Source of the DNA: Escherichia coli
GTDB taxonomy: Bacteria > Pseudomonadota > Gammaproteobacteria > Enterobacterales > Enterobacteriaceae
Reading direction: 5' to 3' (one strand)
NCBI RefSeq assembly: GCF_003019035.1
Contig: NZ_CP027447.1
Length of the DNA stretch: 64,000 nucleotides
Shown: piece after piece, positions 31,001 through 42,581 of the stretch
How the letters are laid out: every line of letters begins with the position of its first letter
Numbering within the stretch: the stretch's first letter is position 1
Notes under the pieces: model-generated
Databases searched by the model: none
The model's input: only the letters and a program-made list of their open reading frames with translations
What the model was told of the DNA's origin: nothing
Made by a program: the position numbers and the translations under genes

Positions 31001-32970
31001 GCACTATCACTGCGCCGACTTACACCATTGCAAATACCGATTACAACAACGTCGGTGAAGCTCTGGATGCGCTTGATGAGAACGCGCTGATGTGGGATGC
31101 GACCGCCAATAACGGCGAAGGGGCTTACAACGCCAGTCATGACGGCAAGGCCAGCATTATCACAAACGTTGCTGATGGTAACATTGGTGAAGGTAGCACC
31201 GATGCTATCAACGGTTCTCAGCTGTTTAACACCAATATGCTGATCCAGCAGAACAGCGAAGTCATCAATCAGCTTGCCGGTAACACCAGTGAAACCTACA
31301 TCGAAGAAAATGGTGCAGGTATTAACTATGTGCGTACCAATGACACCGGTTTAACCTTCACCGATGCCAGCGCACAGGGTGTTGGCGCTACAGCAGTGGG
31401 TTATAACTCTGTTGCCAAAGGCGATAGCAGCGTGGCCATGGGTTATAACTCTTTTGCCGAAGGCGATAGCAGCGTGGCCATGGGTCAGGGCAGCTACAGC
31501 GACGTTGATACGGGTATCGCTCTGGGTAGCAGTTCCGTTTCCAGCCGTGTAATAGTTAAAGGGTCTCGTGACACCAGCGTGTCAGAAGAAGGTGTTGTGA
31601 TTGGTTATGACACCACGGACGGCGAACTGCTTGGTGCATTGTCGATCGGTGATGATGGTAAATATCGTCAAATCATCAACGTCGCGGATGGTTCCGAAGC
31701 CCATGACGCTGTTACTGTTCGCCAGTTGCAAAACGCCATTGGTGCAGTAGCAACCACACCAACCAAATACTATCACGCCAACTCAACGGCTGAAGACTCA
31801 CTGGCAGTCGGTGAAGACTCGCTGGCAATGGGCGCGAAAACCATCGTTAATGGTAATGCGGGTATTGGTATCGGCCTGAACACGCTGGTTCTGGCTGATG
31901 CGATCAATGGTATTGCTATCGGTAGCAACGCAAGTGCAAACCATGCAAACAGCATTGCAATGGGGAATGGTTCTCAGACTACCCGTGGTGCGCAGACCAA
32001 CTACACCGCCTACAACATGGACGCACCGCAGAACTCTGTGGGTGAGTTCTCTGTCGGCAGTGAAGACGGTCAACGTCAGATCACCAACGTCGCAGCAGGT
32101 TCGGCTGATACCGATGCGGTCAACGTGGGTCAATTGAAAGTAACGGACGCGCAGGTTTCCCAGAATACCCAGAGTATTACTAACCTGAACAATCAGGTGA
32201 CGAATCTGGATACTCGCGTTACCAATATCGAAAACGGCATTGGCGATATCGTAACCACCGGTAGCACCAAATACTTCAAGACCAACACCGATGGCGTAGA
32301 TGCCAACGCGCAGGGTAAAGACAGTGTTGCGATTGGTTCTGGTTCCATTGCTGCCGCTGACAACAGCGTCGCGCTGGGTACCGGTTCCGTGGCCAACGAA
32401 GAAAATACCATCTCTGTGGGTTCTTCTACCAACCAGCGTCGTATCACCAACGTTGCTGCAGGTGTTAATGCCACCGATGCGGTTAACGTTTCGCAGCTGA
32501 AGTCTTCTGAGGCAGGCGGCGTTCGTTACGACACCAAAGCTGATGGTTCTATAGACTACAGCAACATCACTCTCGGTGGTGGTAATGGCGGTACGACTCG
32601 CATCAGCAACGTCTCCGCTGGCGTCAACAACAACGACGCAGTGAACTATGCGCAGTTGAAGCAAAGCGTGCAGGAAACGAAGCAATACACCGATCAGCGG
32701 ATGGTTGAGATGGATAACAAACTGTCCAAAACCGAAAGCAAGTTGAGCGGTGGTATCGCTTCTGCAATGGCAATGACCGGTCTGCCGCAGGCTTACACTC
32801 CAGGTGCCAGTATGGCCTCTATTGGTGGCGGTACTTACAACGGTGAATCGGCTGTTGCTTTAGGTGTGTCGATGGTGAGCGCCAATGGTCGTTGGGTCTA
32901 CAAATTACAAGGTAGTACCAATAGCCAGGGTGAATACTCCGCCGCACTCGGTGCCGGTATTCAGTGGTAA
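28024..32970 (+). CDS. upaG: Trimeric autotransporter adhesin, UpaG/EhaG (SadA-like) family
   Basis: 1648 aa. It has an ESPR-type extended signal peptide ([21 protein letters not shown]...), Ala/Ser/Gly/Asn-rich YadA-like head repeats (SIALGxxSxA) and repeated neck/stalk units ([10 protein letters not shown]). The C-terminus is a YadA-type membrane anchor ending [13 protein letters not shown]. The location upstream of lldP fits upaG/ehaG. Confidence 0.9.
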   Translation: MNKIFKVIWNPATGSYSVASETAKSRGKKSGRSKLLISALVAGGLLSSFGALAQAGLDTGTGVTPAGHNNGTGWIAIGTDAEASTHTTTNGAATAVGYYSKALGMWSTTLGAYSQSNGDSSLALGVKAQSNGDRSISMGASSSASINAGYSIAMGVFAFTDAEYAVALGNESKALGKYSLALGNASQASGESSIALGNTSEASEQNAIALGQGSIASKVNSIALGSNSSSAGENAIALGEGSAAGGSNSLAFGSQSRASGNDSVALGVGATAATDNSVAIGAGSTTDASNTVSVGNSTTKRKIVNMAAGAISNTSTDAINGSQLYTISDSVAKRLGGGATVGSDGTVTALSYALKSGTYNNVGDALSGIDNNTLQWNRTTGAFTAAHGSNTTSKITNVAKGTVSATSTDVVNGSQLYDLQQDALLWNGTAFSAAHGTDVTSKITNVTAGELSDTSTDAVNGSQLKATKDDVAANTTNITNLTSEVAGNTTSITNLTDTVTNLGEDALKWDDAAGAFTAAHGTNATNKITNVTAGELSDTSTDAVNGSQLKATKDDVAANTTNITNLTGEVAGNTTSITNLTDTVTNLGEDALKWDDASGAFTAAHGTNATNKITNVTAGELSDTSTDAVNGSQLKTTNDNVATNTTNIATNTTNITNLTDAVDSLGDDSLLWNKAAGAFSAAHGTDATSKITNVTAGELSDTSTDAVNGSQLKTTNDNVATNTTNIATNTTNITNLTNAVDSLGDDSLLWNKAAGAFSAAHGTDATSKITNVTAGDLTAGSTDAVNGSQLKTTNDNVATNTTNIATNTTNITNLTDTVNNLGEDALKWDDAAGAFTAAHGTNATNKISNVQAGIVSSDSTDAINGSQLYGLADSFTSYLGGGADISDTGLLTGPTYSIGGTDYTNVGDALAAINTSFSDSLGDALLWDATANDGAGAFSAGRGVDNTASKITNVANGAISATSSDAINGSQLYTTNKYIADALGGDAEVNADGTITAPTYTIANTDYNNVGEALDALDENALMWDATANNGEGAYNASHDGKASIITNVADGNIGEGSTDAINGSQLFNTNMLIQQNSEVINQLAGNTSETYIEENGAGINYVRTNDTGLTFTDASAQGVGATAVGYNSVAKGDSSVAMGYNSFAEGDSSVAMGQGSYSDVDTGIALGSSSVSSRVIVKGSRDTSVSEEGVVIGYDTTDGELLGALSIGDDGKYRQIINVADGSEAHDAVTVRQLQNAIGAVATTPTKYYHANSTAEDSLAVGEDSLAMGAKTIVNGNAGIGIGLNTLVLADAINGIAIGSNASANHANSIAMGNGSQTTRGAQTNYTAYNMDAPQNSVGEFSVGSEDGQRQITNVAAGSADTDAVNVGQLKVTDAQVSQNTQSITNLNNQVTNLDTRVTNIENGIGDIVTTGSTKYFKTNTDGVDANAQGKDSVAIGSGSIAAADNSVALGTGSVANEENTISVGSSTNQRRITNVAAGVNATDAVNVSQLKSSEAGGVRYDTKADGSIDYSNITLGGGNGGTTRISNVSAGVNNNDAVNYAQLKQSVQETKQYTDQRMVEMDNKLSKTESKLSGGIASAMAMTGLPQAYTPGASMASIGGGTYNGESAVALGVSMVSANGRWVYKLQGSTNSQGEYSAALGAGIQW
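29361..30573 (+). repeat. In-frame tandem coding repeats inside the adhesin stalk (2 x 255 bp then 3 x 234 bp)
   Basis: The anchor string caccgctgg(t/c) recurs at 29361, 29616, 29871, 30105 and 30339, giving periods of 255, 255, 234 and 234 nt. The final unit runs to about 30573. The encoded units (...[19 protein letters not shown]...NITNLT...[17 protein letters not shown]) are near-identical. Confidence 0.9.
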
Positions 32971-32993
32971 TGATCCATTAACTTAGTGTGACT

Positions 32994-33030
32994 AAGGGCA
33001 ATTCTCTGATGAGGATTGCCCTTTTCTTTA
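32994..33030 (+). terminator. Rho-independent terminator downstream of the adhesin gene
   Basis: Stem AAGGGCAAT (32994..33002) pairs with ATTGCCCTT (33015..33023) and is followed by TTCTTT. Confidence 0.75.
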
Positions 33031-33052
33031 CCAGACATCTCCCTCCACCAAG

Positions 33053-33195
33053 AATTGGCCCTACCAATTCTTCGCTTATCTGACCTCTGGTTCACAATTC
33101 CCCAATTAAAACTCACATCAATGTTGCTAATGCATAACATTTAGTTAACTATCCATTGTCATTATCCCTACACAACACAATTGGCAGTGCCACTT
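33053..33195. promoter_or_regulatory. lldP promoter region with two LldR-type operators
   Basis: The perfect palindrome AATTGG-CCCTA-CCAATT lies at 33053..33069. The related AATTGGCAGTGCCACTT lies at 33179..33195. A two-operator arrangement is described for lldPRD regulation. Confidence 0.65.
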
Positions 33196-33267
33196 TTACA
33201 CAACGTGTGACAAGGAGATGAGCAACAGACTCATTACACGGCGTGTGTGGACTGCAGGAGACCTGCA

Positions 33268-34923
33268 ATGAATCTCTGGCAACAAAACTACGATCCCGCC
33301 GGGAATATCTGGCTTTCCAGCCTGATAGCATCGCTTCCCATCCTGTTTTTCTTCTTTGCGCTGATTAAGCTCAAACTGAAAGGATACGTCGCCGCCTCAT
33401 GGACGGTGGCAATCGCCCTTGCCGTGGCTTTGCTGTTCTATAAAATGCCGGTCGCTAACGCGCTGGCCTCGGTGGTTTATGGCTTCTTCTACGGGTTGTG
33501 GCCCATCGCGTGGATCATTATTGCAGCGGTGTTCGTCTATAAGATCTCGGTGAAAACCGGGCAGTTTGACATCATTCGCTCGTCTATTCTTTCGATAACC
33601 CCTGACCAGCGCCTGCAAATGCTGATCGTCGGTTTCTGTTTCGGCGCTTTCCTTGAAGGAGCCGCAGGCTTTGGCGCACCGGTAGCAATTACCGCCGCAT
33701 TGCTGGTCGGTCTGGGCTTTAAACCTCTCTACGCCGCCGGACTGTGCCTGATTGTTAACACCGCACCAGTGGCATTTGGCGCGATGGGTATTCCGATTCT
33801 GGTCGCCGGGCAGGTAACAGGCATCGACAGCTTTGAGATTGGTCAGATGGTGGGGCGTCAGCTGCCGTTTATGACCATTATCGTGCTGTTCTGGATCATG
33901 GCGATTATGGACGGTTGGCGCGGTATCAAAGAGACGTGGCCTGCGGTCGTGGTTGCAGGTGGTTCGTTTGCCATTGCTCAATACCTCAGCTCTAACTTCA
34001 TTGGGCCGGAACTGCCAGACATTATCTCTTCGCTGGTATCACTGCTCTGCCTGACGCTGTTCCTCAAACGCTGGCAACCAGTGCGCGTATTCCGCTTCGG
34101 TGACTTAGGGGCGTCACAGGTTGATATGACGCTGGCTCACACAGGTTACACGGCAGGTCAGGTGCTGCGCGCCTGGACACCGTTCCTGTTCCTGACCGCC
34201 ACCGTAACGCTGTGGAGTATCCCGCCGTTTAAAGCCCTGTTCGCTTCAGGCGGTGCGCTGTATGAGTGGGTGATCAACATTCCGGTGCCGTACCTCGATA
34301 AACTGGTTGCCCGTATGCCGCCAGTGGTCAGCGAAGCGACAGCGTATGCCGCCGTGTTTAAGTTTGACTGGTTCTCTGCCACCGGTACCGCCATTCTGTT
34401 TGCTGCCCTGCTCTCGATTGTCTGGCTGAAGATGAAACCATCTGACGCTATCAGCACCTTCGGCAGCACGCTGAAAGAACTGGCTCTGCCTATCTACTCC
34501 ATCGGTATGGTGCTGGCGTTCGCCTTTATCTCGAACTATTCCGGACTATCATCAACGCTGGCGCTGGCACTGGCGCACACCGGCCATGCATTCACCTTCT
34601 TCTCGCCGTTCCTCGGCTGGCTGGGGGTATTCCTGACCGGGTCGGATACCTCATCTAACGCCCTGTTCGCCGCCCTGCAAGCCACTGCAGCACAACAAAT
34701 TGGCGTTTCTGACCTGTTGTTGGTTGCCGCCAACACCACAGGTGGTGTCACCGGTAAGATGATCTCTCCGCAATCTATCGCTATCGCCTGTGCGGCGGTA
34801 GGCCTGGTAGGCAAAGAGTCAGATCTGTTCCGCTTTACCGTCAAACACAGCCTGATCTTCACCTGTATGGTGGGCGTGATCACCACGCTTCAGGCTTATG
34901 TCTTAACGTGGATGATTCCTTAA
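33268..34923 (+). CDS. lldP: L-lactate permease
   Basis: 551 aa from [30 protein letters not shown].... It is polytopic and belongs to the LctP family. Confidence 0.95.
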
Positions 34924-35699
34924 TGATTGTTTTACCCAGACGCCTGTCAGACGAGGTTGCCGATCGTGTGCGGGCGCTGATTGATGAAAAAAACCTGGAG
35001 GCGGGCATGAAGTTGCCCGCTGAACGTCAACTGGCGATGCAACTCGGCGTATCGCGTAATTCACTGCGCGAGGCGCTGGCAAAACTGGTGAGCGAAGGCG
35101 TGCTACTTAGTCGACGCGGCGGCGGGACGTTTATTCGCTGGCGTCATGACACATGGTCGGAGCAAAACATCGTCCAGCCGCTGAAAACGCTGATGGCCGA
35201 TGATCCGGATTACAGTTTCGATATTCTGGAAGCCCGCTACGCCATTGAAGCCAGCACCGCGTGGCATGCGGCAATGCGCGCCACACCTGGCGAAAAAGAA
35301 AAGATTCAGCTTTGCTTTGAAGCAACGCTAAGTGAAGACCCGGATCTCGCCTCACAAGCGGACGTTCGTTTTCATCTGGCGATTGCCGAAGCCTCACATA
35401 ACATCGTGCTGCTGCAAACCATGCGCGGTTTCTTCGATGTCCTGCAATCCTCCGTGAAGCATAGCCGCCAGCGGATGTATCTGGTACCCCCGGTTTTTTC
35501 ACAGCTGACCGAACAACATCAGGCAGTCATTGACGCCATTTTTGCCGGTGATGCTGACGGGGCGCGTAAAGCAATGATGGCGCACCTTAGCTTTGTTCAC
35601 ACCACCATGAAACGATTCGATGAAGATCAAGCTCGCCATGCACGCATTACCCGCCTGCCTGGTGACCATAATGAGCATTCGAGGGAGAAAAACGCATGA
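34923..35699 (+). CDS. lldR: GntR/FadR-family regulator LldR
   Basis: 258 aa from [52 protein letters not shown] (GntR wHTH). Its start overlaps the lldP stop (TAATG). Confidence 0.95.
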
Positions 35700-36886
35700 T
35701 TATTTCCGCAGCCAGCGATTATCGCGCCGCAGCACAACGCATTCTGCCGCCGTTCCTGTTCCACTATATGGATGGGGGTGCATATTCTGAATACACACTG
35801 CGCCGCAACGTGGAAGATTTGTCAGAAGTGGCGCTGCGCCAGCGTATTCTGAAAAACATGTCTGACTTAAGCCTGGAAACGACGCTGTTTAATGAGAAAT
35901 TGTCGATGCCGGTGGCGCTGGCTCCGGTGGGTTTGTGTGGCATGTATGCGCGTCGTGGCGAAGTTCAGGCTGCCAAAGCGGCGGATGCGCATGGCATTCC
36001 GTTTACTCTCTCGACGGTTTCCGTTTGCCCGATTGAAGAAGTCGCTCCAGCCATTAAACGTCCGATGTGGTTCCAGCTTTATGTGCTGCGCGATCGCGGC
36101 TTTATGCGTAACGCGCTGGAGCGAGCAAAAGCGGCAGGCTGCTCGACGCTGGTTTTCACCGTGGATATGCCGACACCGGGCGCGCGTTACCGTGATGCAC
36201 ACTCGGGTATGAGCGGCCCAAATGCGGCAATGCGCCGTTACTTGCAGGCGGTGACGCATCCGCAATGGGCGTGGGATGTGGGCCTGAACGGTCGTCCACA
36301 TGATTTAGGTAATATCTCGGCTTACCTCGGCAAACCGACCGGACTGGAAGATTACATCGGCTGGTTGGGGAATAACTTCGATCCGTCCATCTCATGGAAA
36401 GACCTTGAGTGGATCCGCGATTTCTGGGATGGTCCGATGGTGATCAAAGGGATCCTCGATCCGGAAGATGCGCGCGATGCAGTACGTTTTGGTGCTGATG
36501 GGATTGTGGTTTCTAACCACGGTGGCCGCCAGCTGGACGGTGTACTCTCTTCCGCTCGTGCATTGCCCGCTATTGCGGATGCGGTGAAAGGTGATATTGC
36601 CATTCTGGCAGATAGCGGGATTCGTAACGGGCTTGATGTCGTGCGTATGATTGCGCTCGGTGCCGACACCGTACTGCTGGGTCGTGCTTTCCTGTATGCG
36701 CTGGCAACAGCGGGCCAGGCGGGTGTAGCTAACCTGCTGAATCTGATCGAAAAAGAGATGAAAGTGGCAATGACGCTGACTGGCGCGAAATCGATTAGCG
36801 AAATTACGCAAGATTCGCTGGTGCAGGGGCTGGGTAAAGAATTGCCTGCGGCACTAGCTCCGATGGCGAAAGGGAATGCGGCATAG
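35696..36886 (+). CDS. lldD: FMN-dependent L-lactate dehydrogenase
   Basis: 396 aa, [38 protein letters not shown].... It has the alpha-hydroxy-acid oxidase motif SNHGGRQLD and an ATGA overlap with lldR. Confidence 0.95.
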
Positions 36887-36934
36887 TTGGGGGTGAGGGG
36901 AAAAGGCCGTACCAATCACCAATTTTCTGCTATC

Positions 36935-36957
36935 CTGCCCCCGCACTAAGGGGGCAG
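36935..36957 (+). promoter_or_regulatory. GC-rich hairpin covering the trmL Shine-Dalgarno region
   Basis: CTGCCCCC-(gcactaa)-GGGGGCAG is a perfect 8-bp stem whose 3' arm (aaGGGGGcag) ends 1 nt before the trmL ATG at 36959. Confidence 0.45.
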
Positions 36958-36958
36958 T

Positions 36959-37432
36959 ATGCTAAACATCGTACTTTACGAACCAGAAATTCCGCCAAAT
37001 ACTGGCAACATCATCCGTCTTTGCGCTAATACCGGCTTTCGTCTGCATATCATCGAACCGATGGGATTTGCCTGGGACGATAAGCGCCTGCGCCGCGCGG
37101 GGCTGGACTATCACGAGTTTACCGCCGTTACGCGTCATCATGACTATCGCGCGTTCCTCGAAGCAGAAAATCCCCAGCGCCTGTTTGCCCTCACCACGAA
37201 AGGTACGCCTGCTCACAGCGCCGTAAGCTATCAGGATGGCGATTATCTGATGTTCGGCCCGGAAACACGCGGCCTGCCAGCAAGCATTCTTGATGCCCTG
37301 CCCGCTGAACAAAAAATTCGCATTCCAATGGTGCCGGACAGCCGCAGCATGAACCTGTCCAATGCGGTGTCGGTCGTGGTGTATGAAGCCTGGCGGCAGC
37401 TGGGATATCCGGGAGCGGTGTTGAGAGATTAG
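36959..37432 (+). CDS. trmL: tRNA (cytidine/uridine-2'-O)-methyltransferase TrmL (SpoU/TrmH family)
   Basis: 157 aa, [34 protein letters not shown]...; a SPOUT methyltransferase. Confidence 0.93.
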   Translation: MLNIVLYEPEIPPNTGNIIRLCANTGFRLHIIEPMGFAWDDKRLRRAGLDYHEFTAVTRHHDYRAFLEAENPQRLFALTTKGTPAHSAVSYQDGDYLMFGPETRGLPASILDALPAEQKIRIPMVPDSRSMNLSNAVSVVVYEAWRQLGYPGAVLRD

Positions 37433-37440
37433 TTACTGTA

Positions 37441-37471
37441 TGCCGGATAGATGATTACATCGCATCCGGCA
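37441..37471. repeat. REP-like hairpin between convergent trmL and cysE
   Basis: tgccggat-(agatgattacatcgc)-atccggca carries the REP wording (gcatccggca) and sits between two converging stop codons. Confidence 0.5.
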
Positions 37472-37484
37472 CAATCACAGGACG

Positions 37485-38306
37485 TCAGATCCCATCCCCA
37501 TATTCAAACGTATGGTTAATACCGTTGAAATGCTGATCCATATCCATTGACGGTTTATCGCTATCCGGCTTGCCGACAATGCGTGCCGGAACGCCAGCGG
37601 CGGTGGTATGCGGCGGCACCGGTTGCAGCACCACGGAACCTGCGCCAATCTTCGCGCCGCGCCCAACTTCAATATTGCCGAGAATTTTCGCGCCCGCGCC
37701 AATCATCACACCTTCACGAATTTTCGGATGACGGTCGCCACCAGATTTACCCGTACCGCCAAGCGTCACAGATTGCAGAATCGACACGTCGTTTTCAATC
37801 ACCGCCGTTTCACCCACAACGATGCCCGTGGCGTGGTCGAGCATAATGCCACGGCCAATTTTTGCTGCCGGGTGAATATCAACCTGGAACGTTACAGAAA
37901 CCTGGTTTTGCAGAAATATTGCCAGTGCGCGGCGGCCCTGATTCCACAGCCAGTGACCGATACGATAGGCCTGCAAGGCATGAAAACCTTTCAGATATAA
38001 CAATGGAGTCGAGTATTTATCCACCGCCGGGTCGCGGGTACGCACTGCCTGAATATCACAGGCCGCAGAGGCGATCATTTCCGGGTCGGCGGCGTAGGCT
38101 TCTTCGACCACTTCACGGATAGCAATAGCAGGCATAATGGGCGATGACAGCTTGTTCGCCAGCATGTAGCTCAGTGCACTGCCAAGGTTTTCGTGCTTGA
38201 GTAGCGTCGCGTGGTAAAAACTGGCCAGCATTGGCTCACAATCCGCCAGCGTTCTGGCTTCGGCTTTAATATTGTTCCAGACAATTTCCAGTTCTTCACA
38301 CGACAT
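37485..38306 (-). CDS. cysE: Serine O-acetyltransferase
   Basis: 273 aa, MSCEELEIVWNNIKAEARTLADCEPMLASFYHATLLKHENL.... Hexapeptide repeats occupy the C-terminal half. Confidence 0.96.
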   Translation of the reverse strand: MSCEELEIVWNNIKAEARTLADCEPMLASFYHATLLKHENLGSALSYMLANKLSSPIMPAIAIREVVEEAYAADPEMIASAACDIQAVRTRDPAVDKYSTPLLYLKGFHALQAYRIGHWLWNQGRRALAIFLQNQVSVTFQVDIHPAAKIGRGIMLDHATGIVVGETAVIENDVSILQSVTLGGTGKSGGDRHPKIREGVMIGAGAKILGNIEVGRGAKIGAGSVVLQPVPPHTTAAGVPARIVGKPDSDKPSMDMDQHFNGINHTFEYGDGI

Positions 38307-38385
38307 TGCTTACTCCACACGATGAGATAATGACCGGCCCGTTCTGCGCGGGCCGGGTCATAGTGGTAACAAAGGTTCCCTGGTT

Positions 38386-39405
38386 TTAGTGGCTACTGCG
38401 CTCGTCCTTGCGTGCACGACCTAGTAAAGTCAATGCTGCCTCGCGCGCGTTTTTTCCGCAATATAATACTTGATAAATTTCCTCGGTTATTGGCATTTCA
38501 ACGCCGAAGCGATGCGCCAGTTCGCGGACTTCTTTCGTATTGCGGTAGCCTTCCACCACCTGACCAATCTTCTCCTGCGCGCTTTGTACATCCATGCCCT
38601 GACCGAGCATCATGCCAAAACGGCGGTTACGCGACTGGTTGTCGGTACAGGTAAGCACCAGATCGCCCAGCCCCGCCATGCCCATAAAGGTGGCAGGATC
38701 GGCACCCAGCGCAGCGCCAAGACGCGACATTTCAGCCAGCCCACGGGTGATCAGTGCCGTACGCGCATTCGCACCAAAACCGATACCGTCGGACATCCCC
38801 GCGCCAATGGCAATGACGTTTTTCACCGCGCCGCCAAGCTGCACACCGATGAAATCCGGGTTGCTGTAAACGCGGAAACTTTTGCCACAGTGCAGCAATT
38901 GCTGGAGATCATCGGCAAAGGTCTGGTCGGTCGAGGCCAGCGAAATGGCCGTCGGTAAACCTGCCGCCAGTTCTTTCGCAAACGTTGGGCCAGAGATAAC
39001 CGCCAGCGGAATTTGATCGCCTAACGCCTCACGCGCCACGTCCTGCAACAGACGCCCGGTTTCCGCTTCCAGCCCTTTGGTCGCCCACACCAGACGCGCA
39101 TCAGGACGCATCAGCGGTTTAATCTGACGCAGCACTTCACCAAAGACATGGCTGGGTACGACGACGAGAATATTACGGCTGGCTGCCAGCGCAGTGGCGA
39201 GATCGCTTTCAAGATGGAGCGTATCGGGAAAAGGCACATCGGGGAGAAACGCGGCGTTACAGCGGTCGCGTTCAAGCGTTGCGATATGTTCAGGGTCATG
39301 GCCCCAGAGGACAACCTCGTGGCCATTTCTTGCCAGGGTGATGGCAAGAGCGGTGCCGTACGAGCCGGCACCGATCACAGTCATTGAAGCATTACGTTGG
39401 TTCAT
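38386..39405 (-). CDS. gpsA: NAD(P)H-dependent glycerol-3-phosphate dehydrogenase
   Basis: 339 aa. [22 protein letters not shown] is a Rossmann motif. Confidence 0.96.
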   Translation of the reverse strand: MNQRNASMTVIGAGSYGTALAITLARNGHEVVLWGHDPEHIATLERDRCNAAFLPDVPFPDTLHLESDLATALAASRNILVVVPSHVFGEVLRQIKPLMRPDARLVWATKGLEAETGRLLQDVAREALGDQIPLAVISGPTFAKELAAGLPTAISLASTDQTFADDLQQLLHCGKSFRVYSNPDFIGVQLGGAVKNVIAIGAGMSDGIGFGANARTALITRGLAEMSRLGAALGADPATFMGMAGLGDLVLTCTDNQSRNRRFGMMLGQGMDVQSAQEKIGQVVEGYRNTKEVRELAHRFGVEMPITEEIYQVLYCGKNAREAALTLLGRARKDERSSH

Positions 39406-39872
39406 CAGGCATCCTGATGTTCTTCAGTACCTTCGCCAGCCTGCTGCTGCAAATAGTTCATGAACAGCGCATCGAAGTTAACCGGCGCAAGGTTCAGTTG
39501 CGGGAATGTACCGCGGGATACCATGCTGGTGATGCACTCACGAGCATACGGGAACAGAATGTTCGGGCAGTATGCGCCCAGGCAATGTGCCATCTGGGTG
39601 CCTTCGATACCCGCGATGGAGAAAATACCGCCCTGCTGAACTTCACACAGGAACGCGGTTTCTTCGCCCAGGGAGGCCGTTACGGTAACACGCAGTACCA
39701 CTTCGTAAACGTCATCTGCCAGTTGAGAAGATGCCGTATCCAGATCAAGTTTAACTTCTGGCTGCCAATCTTTCTGGAAAACGTGCGGCGCGTTCGGCGC
39801 TTCGAAAGAAATATCCTTGGTATAAATACGTTGGATCTGGAAAGTCATTTCGGTGTTGTTTTGTTCTGACAT
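39405..39872 (-). CDS. secB: Protein-export chaperone SecB
   Basis: 155 aa, [40 protein letters not shown].... Confidence 0.97.
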
Positions 39873-39934
39873 GTGTAGAAAACCCTTAAGTGTTGTCCTT
39901 AAATACTGCGCAATGTAATGCCAACGCTCACACG

Positions 39935-40186
39935 TTATTTCAGCAGGGGATCCAGTCCACCACGTGCATCCAATGCATACAAGTCATCACAGCCGCCAAT
40001 GTGCTGTGCGTCAATAAAAATCTGGGGAACCGTGGTGCGACCGCTGCGTTTGATCATCTCTTCACGCTTAGCGGCGTTGCCATCGATCGGCAACTCCTGA
40101 AAACTCACGCCCTTGCTGCTCAGCAGTGCTTTCGCACGATGGCAATACGGGCAGGTTTCTTTGGTATAGATTTCAACATTGGCCAT
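39935..40186 (-). CDS. grxC: Glutaredoxin 3
   Basis: 83 aa. [22 protein letters not shown] contains the CPYC active site. Confidence 0.96.
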
Positions 40187-40327
40187 AACTTAGCTCCTGT
40201 TTTTTTACCCTGAAATTTCTTGTTGCAGGGCGGCTGCAAAATGGAGTGTCCCCAGAAGCTTATAACAATAAGTCGCTGGGGGCCTAATTGCAGCTAACGG
40301 CCTGCATCATGAAAGACGACAGGTAAA

Positions 40328-40759
40328 TTATTTGCCGCGCACCAGAGGTAAGTTTTCGCCAGCCCAGCCAGCAACGCCCTCTTTCAGCACGAATACTTGC
40401 GCAAAACCAGCTTTCGTCAGCGCGTTTGCAGGCTCCTGGCACTGCATGCCAGAACCGTCTACCACGATAACCGGTTTGTCTTTGTGCTTCTCAAGCTCAC
40501 CAACATTGTTGGCTTTGATTTCGCTCGGCAACAGGTTGATAGAACCTGCGATATGGCCTTTACGGAAGTCATCACGCTGACGTAAATCCACAACCACAGC
40601 GTCTTCTTTGTTGATCAGACGCGTAGCTTCACCACGAGTAATCACCTTCACTTTCGAGGTCAGGCTCTTAAACGTAGTCACAAGAACCGCCACCAGTAAC
40701 GCGATCCAGGCGATACTCAGTATGGGATGACGGCCAACAAATTGCATAATTTCTTGCAT
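40328..40759 (-). CDS. yibN: Rhodanese-domain inner-membrane protein YibN
   Basis: 143 aa from [27 protein letters not shown]. It has a TM anchor plus a rhodanese-like domain. The 4-codon upstream extension is possible but less likely. Confidence 0.85.
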
Positions 40760-41003
40760 GGGGGGTAACAACTCCCGACGTAGTGATTAAAAAAACCAGG
40801 AAAGGAGTATACCTGCGCAGTGCGGCAAATACAGCCAGCGCGTTAACTGGAATGCAATTTTGCGGGGCGCGACGAAAAAAAAGCGTAAATCTGGCATCGG
40901 CTTGCCGCGAGCGGTCGTATATTTTGATCTTCAGAGGCTATTTTATCGATTCAGCTGTAGTAAAATTACGCAAATTTTGACTCTTGAGTATGAGGTTGTC
41001 GCA

Positions 41004-42548
41004 ATGTCGGTTTCTAAAAAACCTATGGTACTGGTGATTCTGGATGGCTATGGCTATCGCGAAGAACAGCAGGATAACGCCATTTTTAGTGCTAAAACCC
41101 CGGTAATGGATGCACTGTGGGCCAATCGTCCGCATACCCTGATCGACGCTTCCGGTTTGGAAGTCGGTCTGCCTGACCGTCAGATGGGTAACTCCGAAGT
41201 AGGCCACGTTAACCTGGGTGCCGGCCGCATCGTGTATCAGGACCTGACTCGTCTGGACGTTGAAATCAAAGATCGCACTTTCTTTGCTAATCCGGTGCTG
41301 ACTGGTGCGGTAGATAAAGCGAAAAACGCAGGCAAAGCAGTACACATTATGGGTCTGCTCTCCGCAGGCGGCGTACACAGCCACGAAGATCACATCATGG
41401 CGATGGTAGAACTGGCAGCTGAACGCGGCGCAGAAAAAATTTACCTGCACGCATTCCTTGACGGTCGCGACACTCCGCCGCGCAGTGCTGAATCCTCGCT
41501 GAAAAAATTCGAAGAGAAATTTGCCGCGCTGGGTAAAGGCCGCGTAGCGTCTATCATTGGTCGTTACTACGCCATGGATCGCGATAACCGTTGGGATCGC
41601 GTTGAAAAAGCTTATGACCTGCTGACTCTGGCGCAGGGTGAGTTCCAGGCCGATACCGCCGTTGCTGGTTTGCAGGCAGCTTATGCTCGCGACGAAAACG
41701 ACGAGTTCGTGAAAGCGACCGTTATTCGTGCAGAAGGTCAGCCAGACGCGGCAATGGAAGACGGCGATGCGCTGATTTTCATGAACTTCCGTGCTGACCG
41801 CGCGCGTGAAATCACTCGTGCATTCGTGAACGCTGATTTCGATGGCTTCGCGCGTAAAAAAGTGGTTAACGTCGATTTCGTGATGCTGACCGAATACGCC
41901 GCTGACATCAAAACTGCGGTTGCTTACCCACCAGCTTCCCTGGTTAACACCTTCGGCGAGTGGATGGCGAAAAACGACAAAACTCAGTTGCGTATTTCCG
42001 AAACCGAAAAATATGCCCACGTCACTTTCTTCTTTAACGGTGGCGTAGAAGAGTCGTTCAAAGGCGAAGATCGCATTCTGATCAACTCACCGAAAGTGGC
42101 TACCTACGATCTGCAACCGGAAATGAGCTCCGCAGAGCTGACCGAAAAACTGGTTGCGGCAATCAAGAGCGGCAAATACGACACCATTATCTGTAACTAT
42201 CCGAACGGCGACATGGTAGGTCACACCGGGGTGATGGAAGCGGCGGTTAAAGCGGTTGAAGCGCTGGATCACTGCGTGGAAGAAGTCGCGAAAGCGGTTG
42301 AGTCCGTGGGTGGACAACTGCTGATCACCGCTGACCACGGTAACGCTGAACAGATGCGCGATCCGGCAACGGGTCAGGCACACACAGCACACACCAACCT
42401 GCCAGTTCCGCTGATTTACGTTGGTGATAAGAACGTGAAAGCGGTTGAAGGCGGCAAACTTTCTGACATCGCGCCGACCATGTTGTCGCTGATGGGTATG
42501 GAAATCCCGCAAGAGATGACTGGTAAGCCGCTGTTCATCGTGGAATAA
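41004..42548 (+). CDS. gpmM: 2,3-bisphosphoglycerate-independent phosphoglycerate mutase
   Basis: 514 aa from [27 protein letters not shown]. The 48-codon upstream extension in the ORF track was rejected. Confidence 0.95.
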   Translation: MSVSKKPMVLVILDGYGYREEQQDNAIFSAKTPVMDALWANRPHTLIDASGLEVGLPDRQMGNSEVGHVNLGAGRIVYQDLTRLDVEIKDRTFFANPVLTGAVDKAKNAGKAVHIMGLLSAGGVHSHEDHIMAMVELAAERGAEKIYLHAFLDGRDTPPRSAESSLKKFEEKFAALGKGRVASIIGRYYAMDRDNRWDRVEKAYDLLTLAQGEFQADTAVAGLQAAYARDENDEFVKATVIRAEGQPDAAMEDGDALIFMNFRADRAREITRAFVNADFDGFARKKVVNVDFVMLTEYAADIKTAVAYPPASLVNTFGEWMAKNDKTQLRISETEKYAHVTFFFNGGVEESFKGEDRILINSPKVATYDLQPEMSSAELTEKLVAAIKSGKYDTIICNYPNGDMVGHTGVMEAAVKAVEALDHCVEEVAKAVESVGGQLLITADHGNAEQMRDPATGQAHTAHTNLPVPLIYVGDKNVKAVEGGKLSDIAPTMLSLMGMEIPQEMTGKPLFIVE

Positions 42549-42581
42549 TCCCTCCCCATGAGGGGAAAGGCGATTAATACC

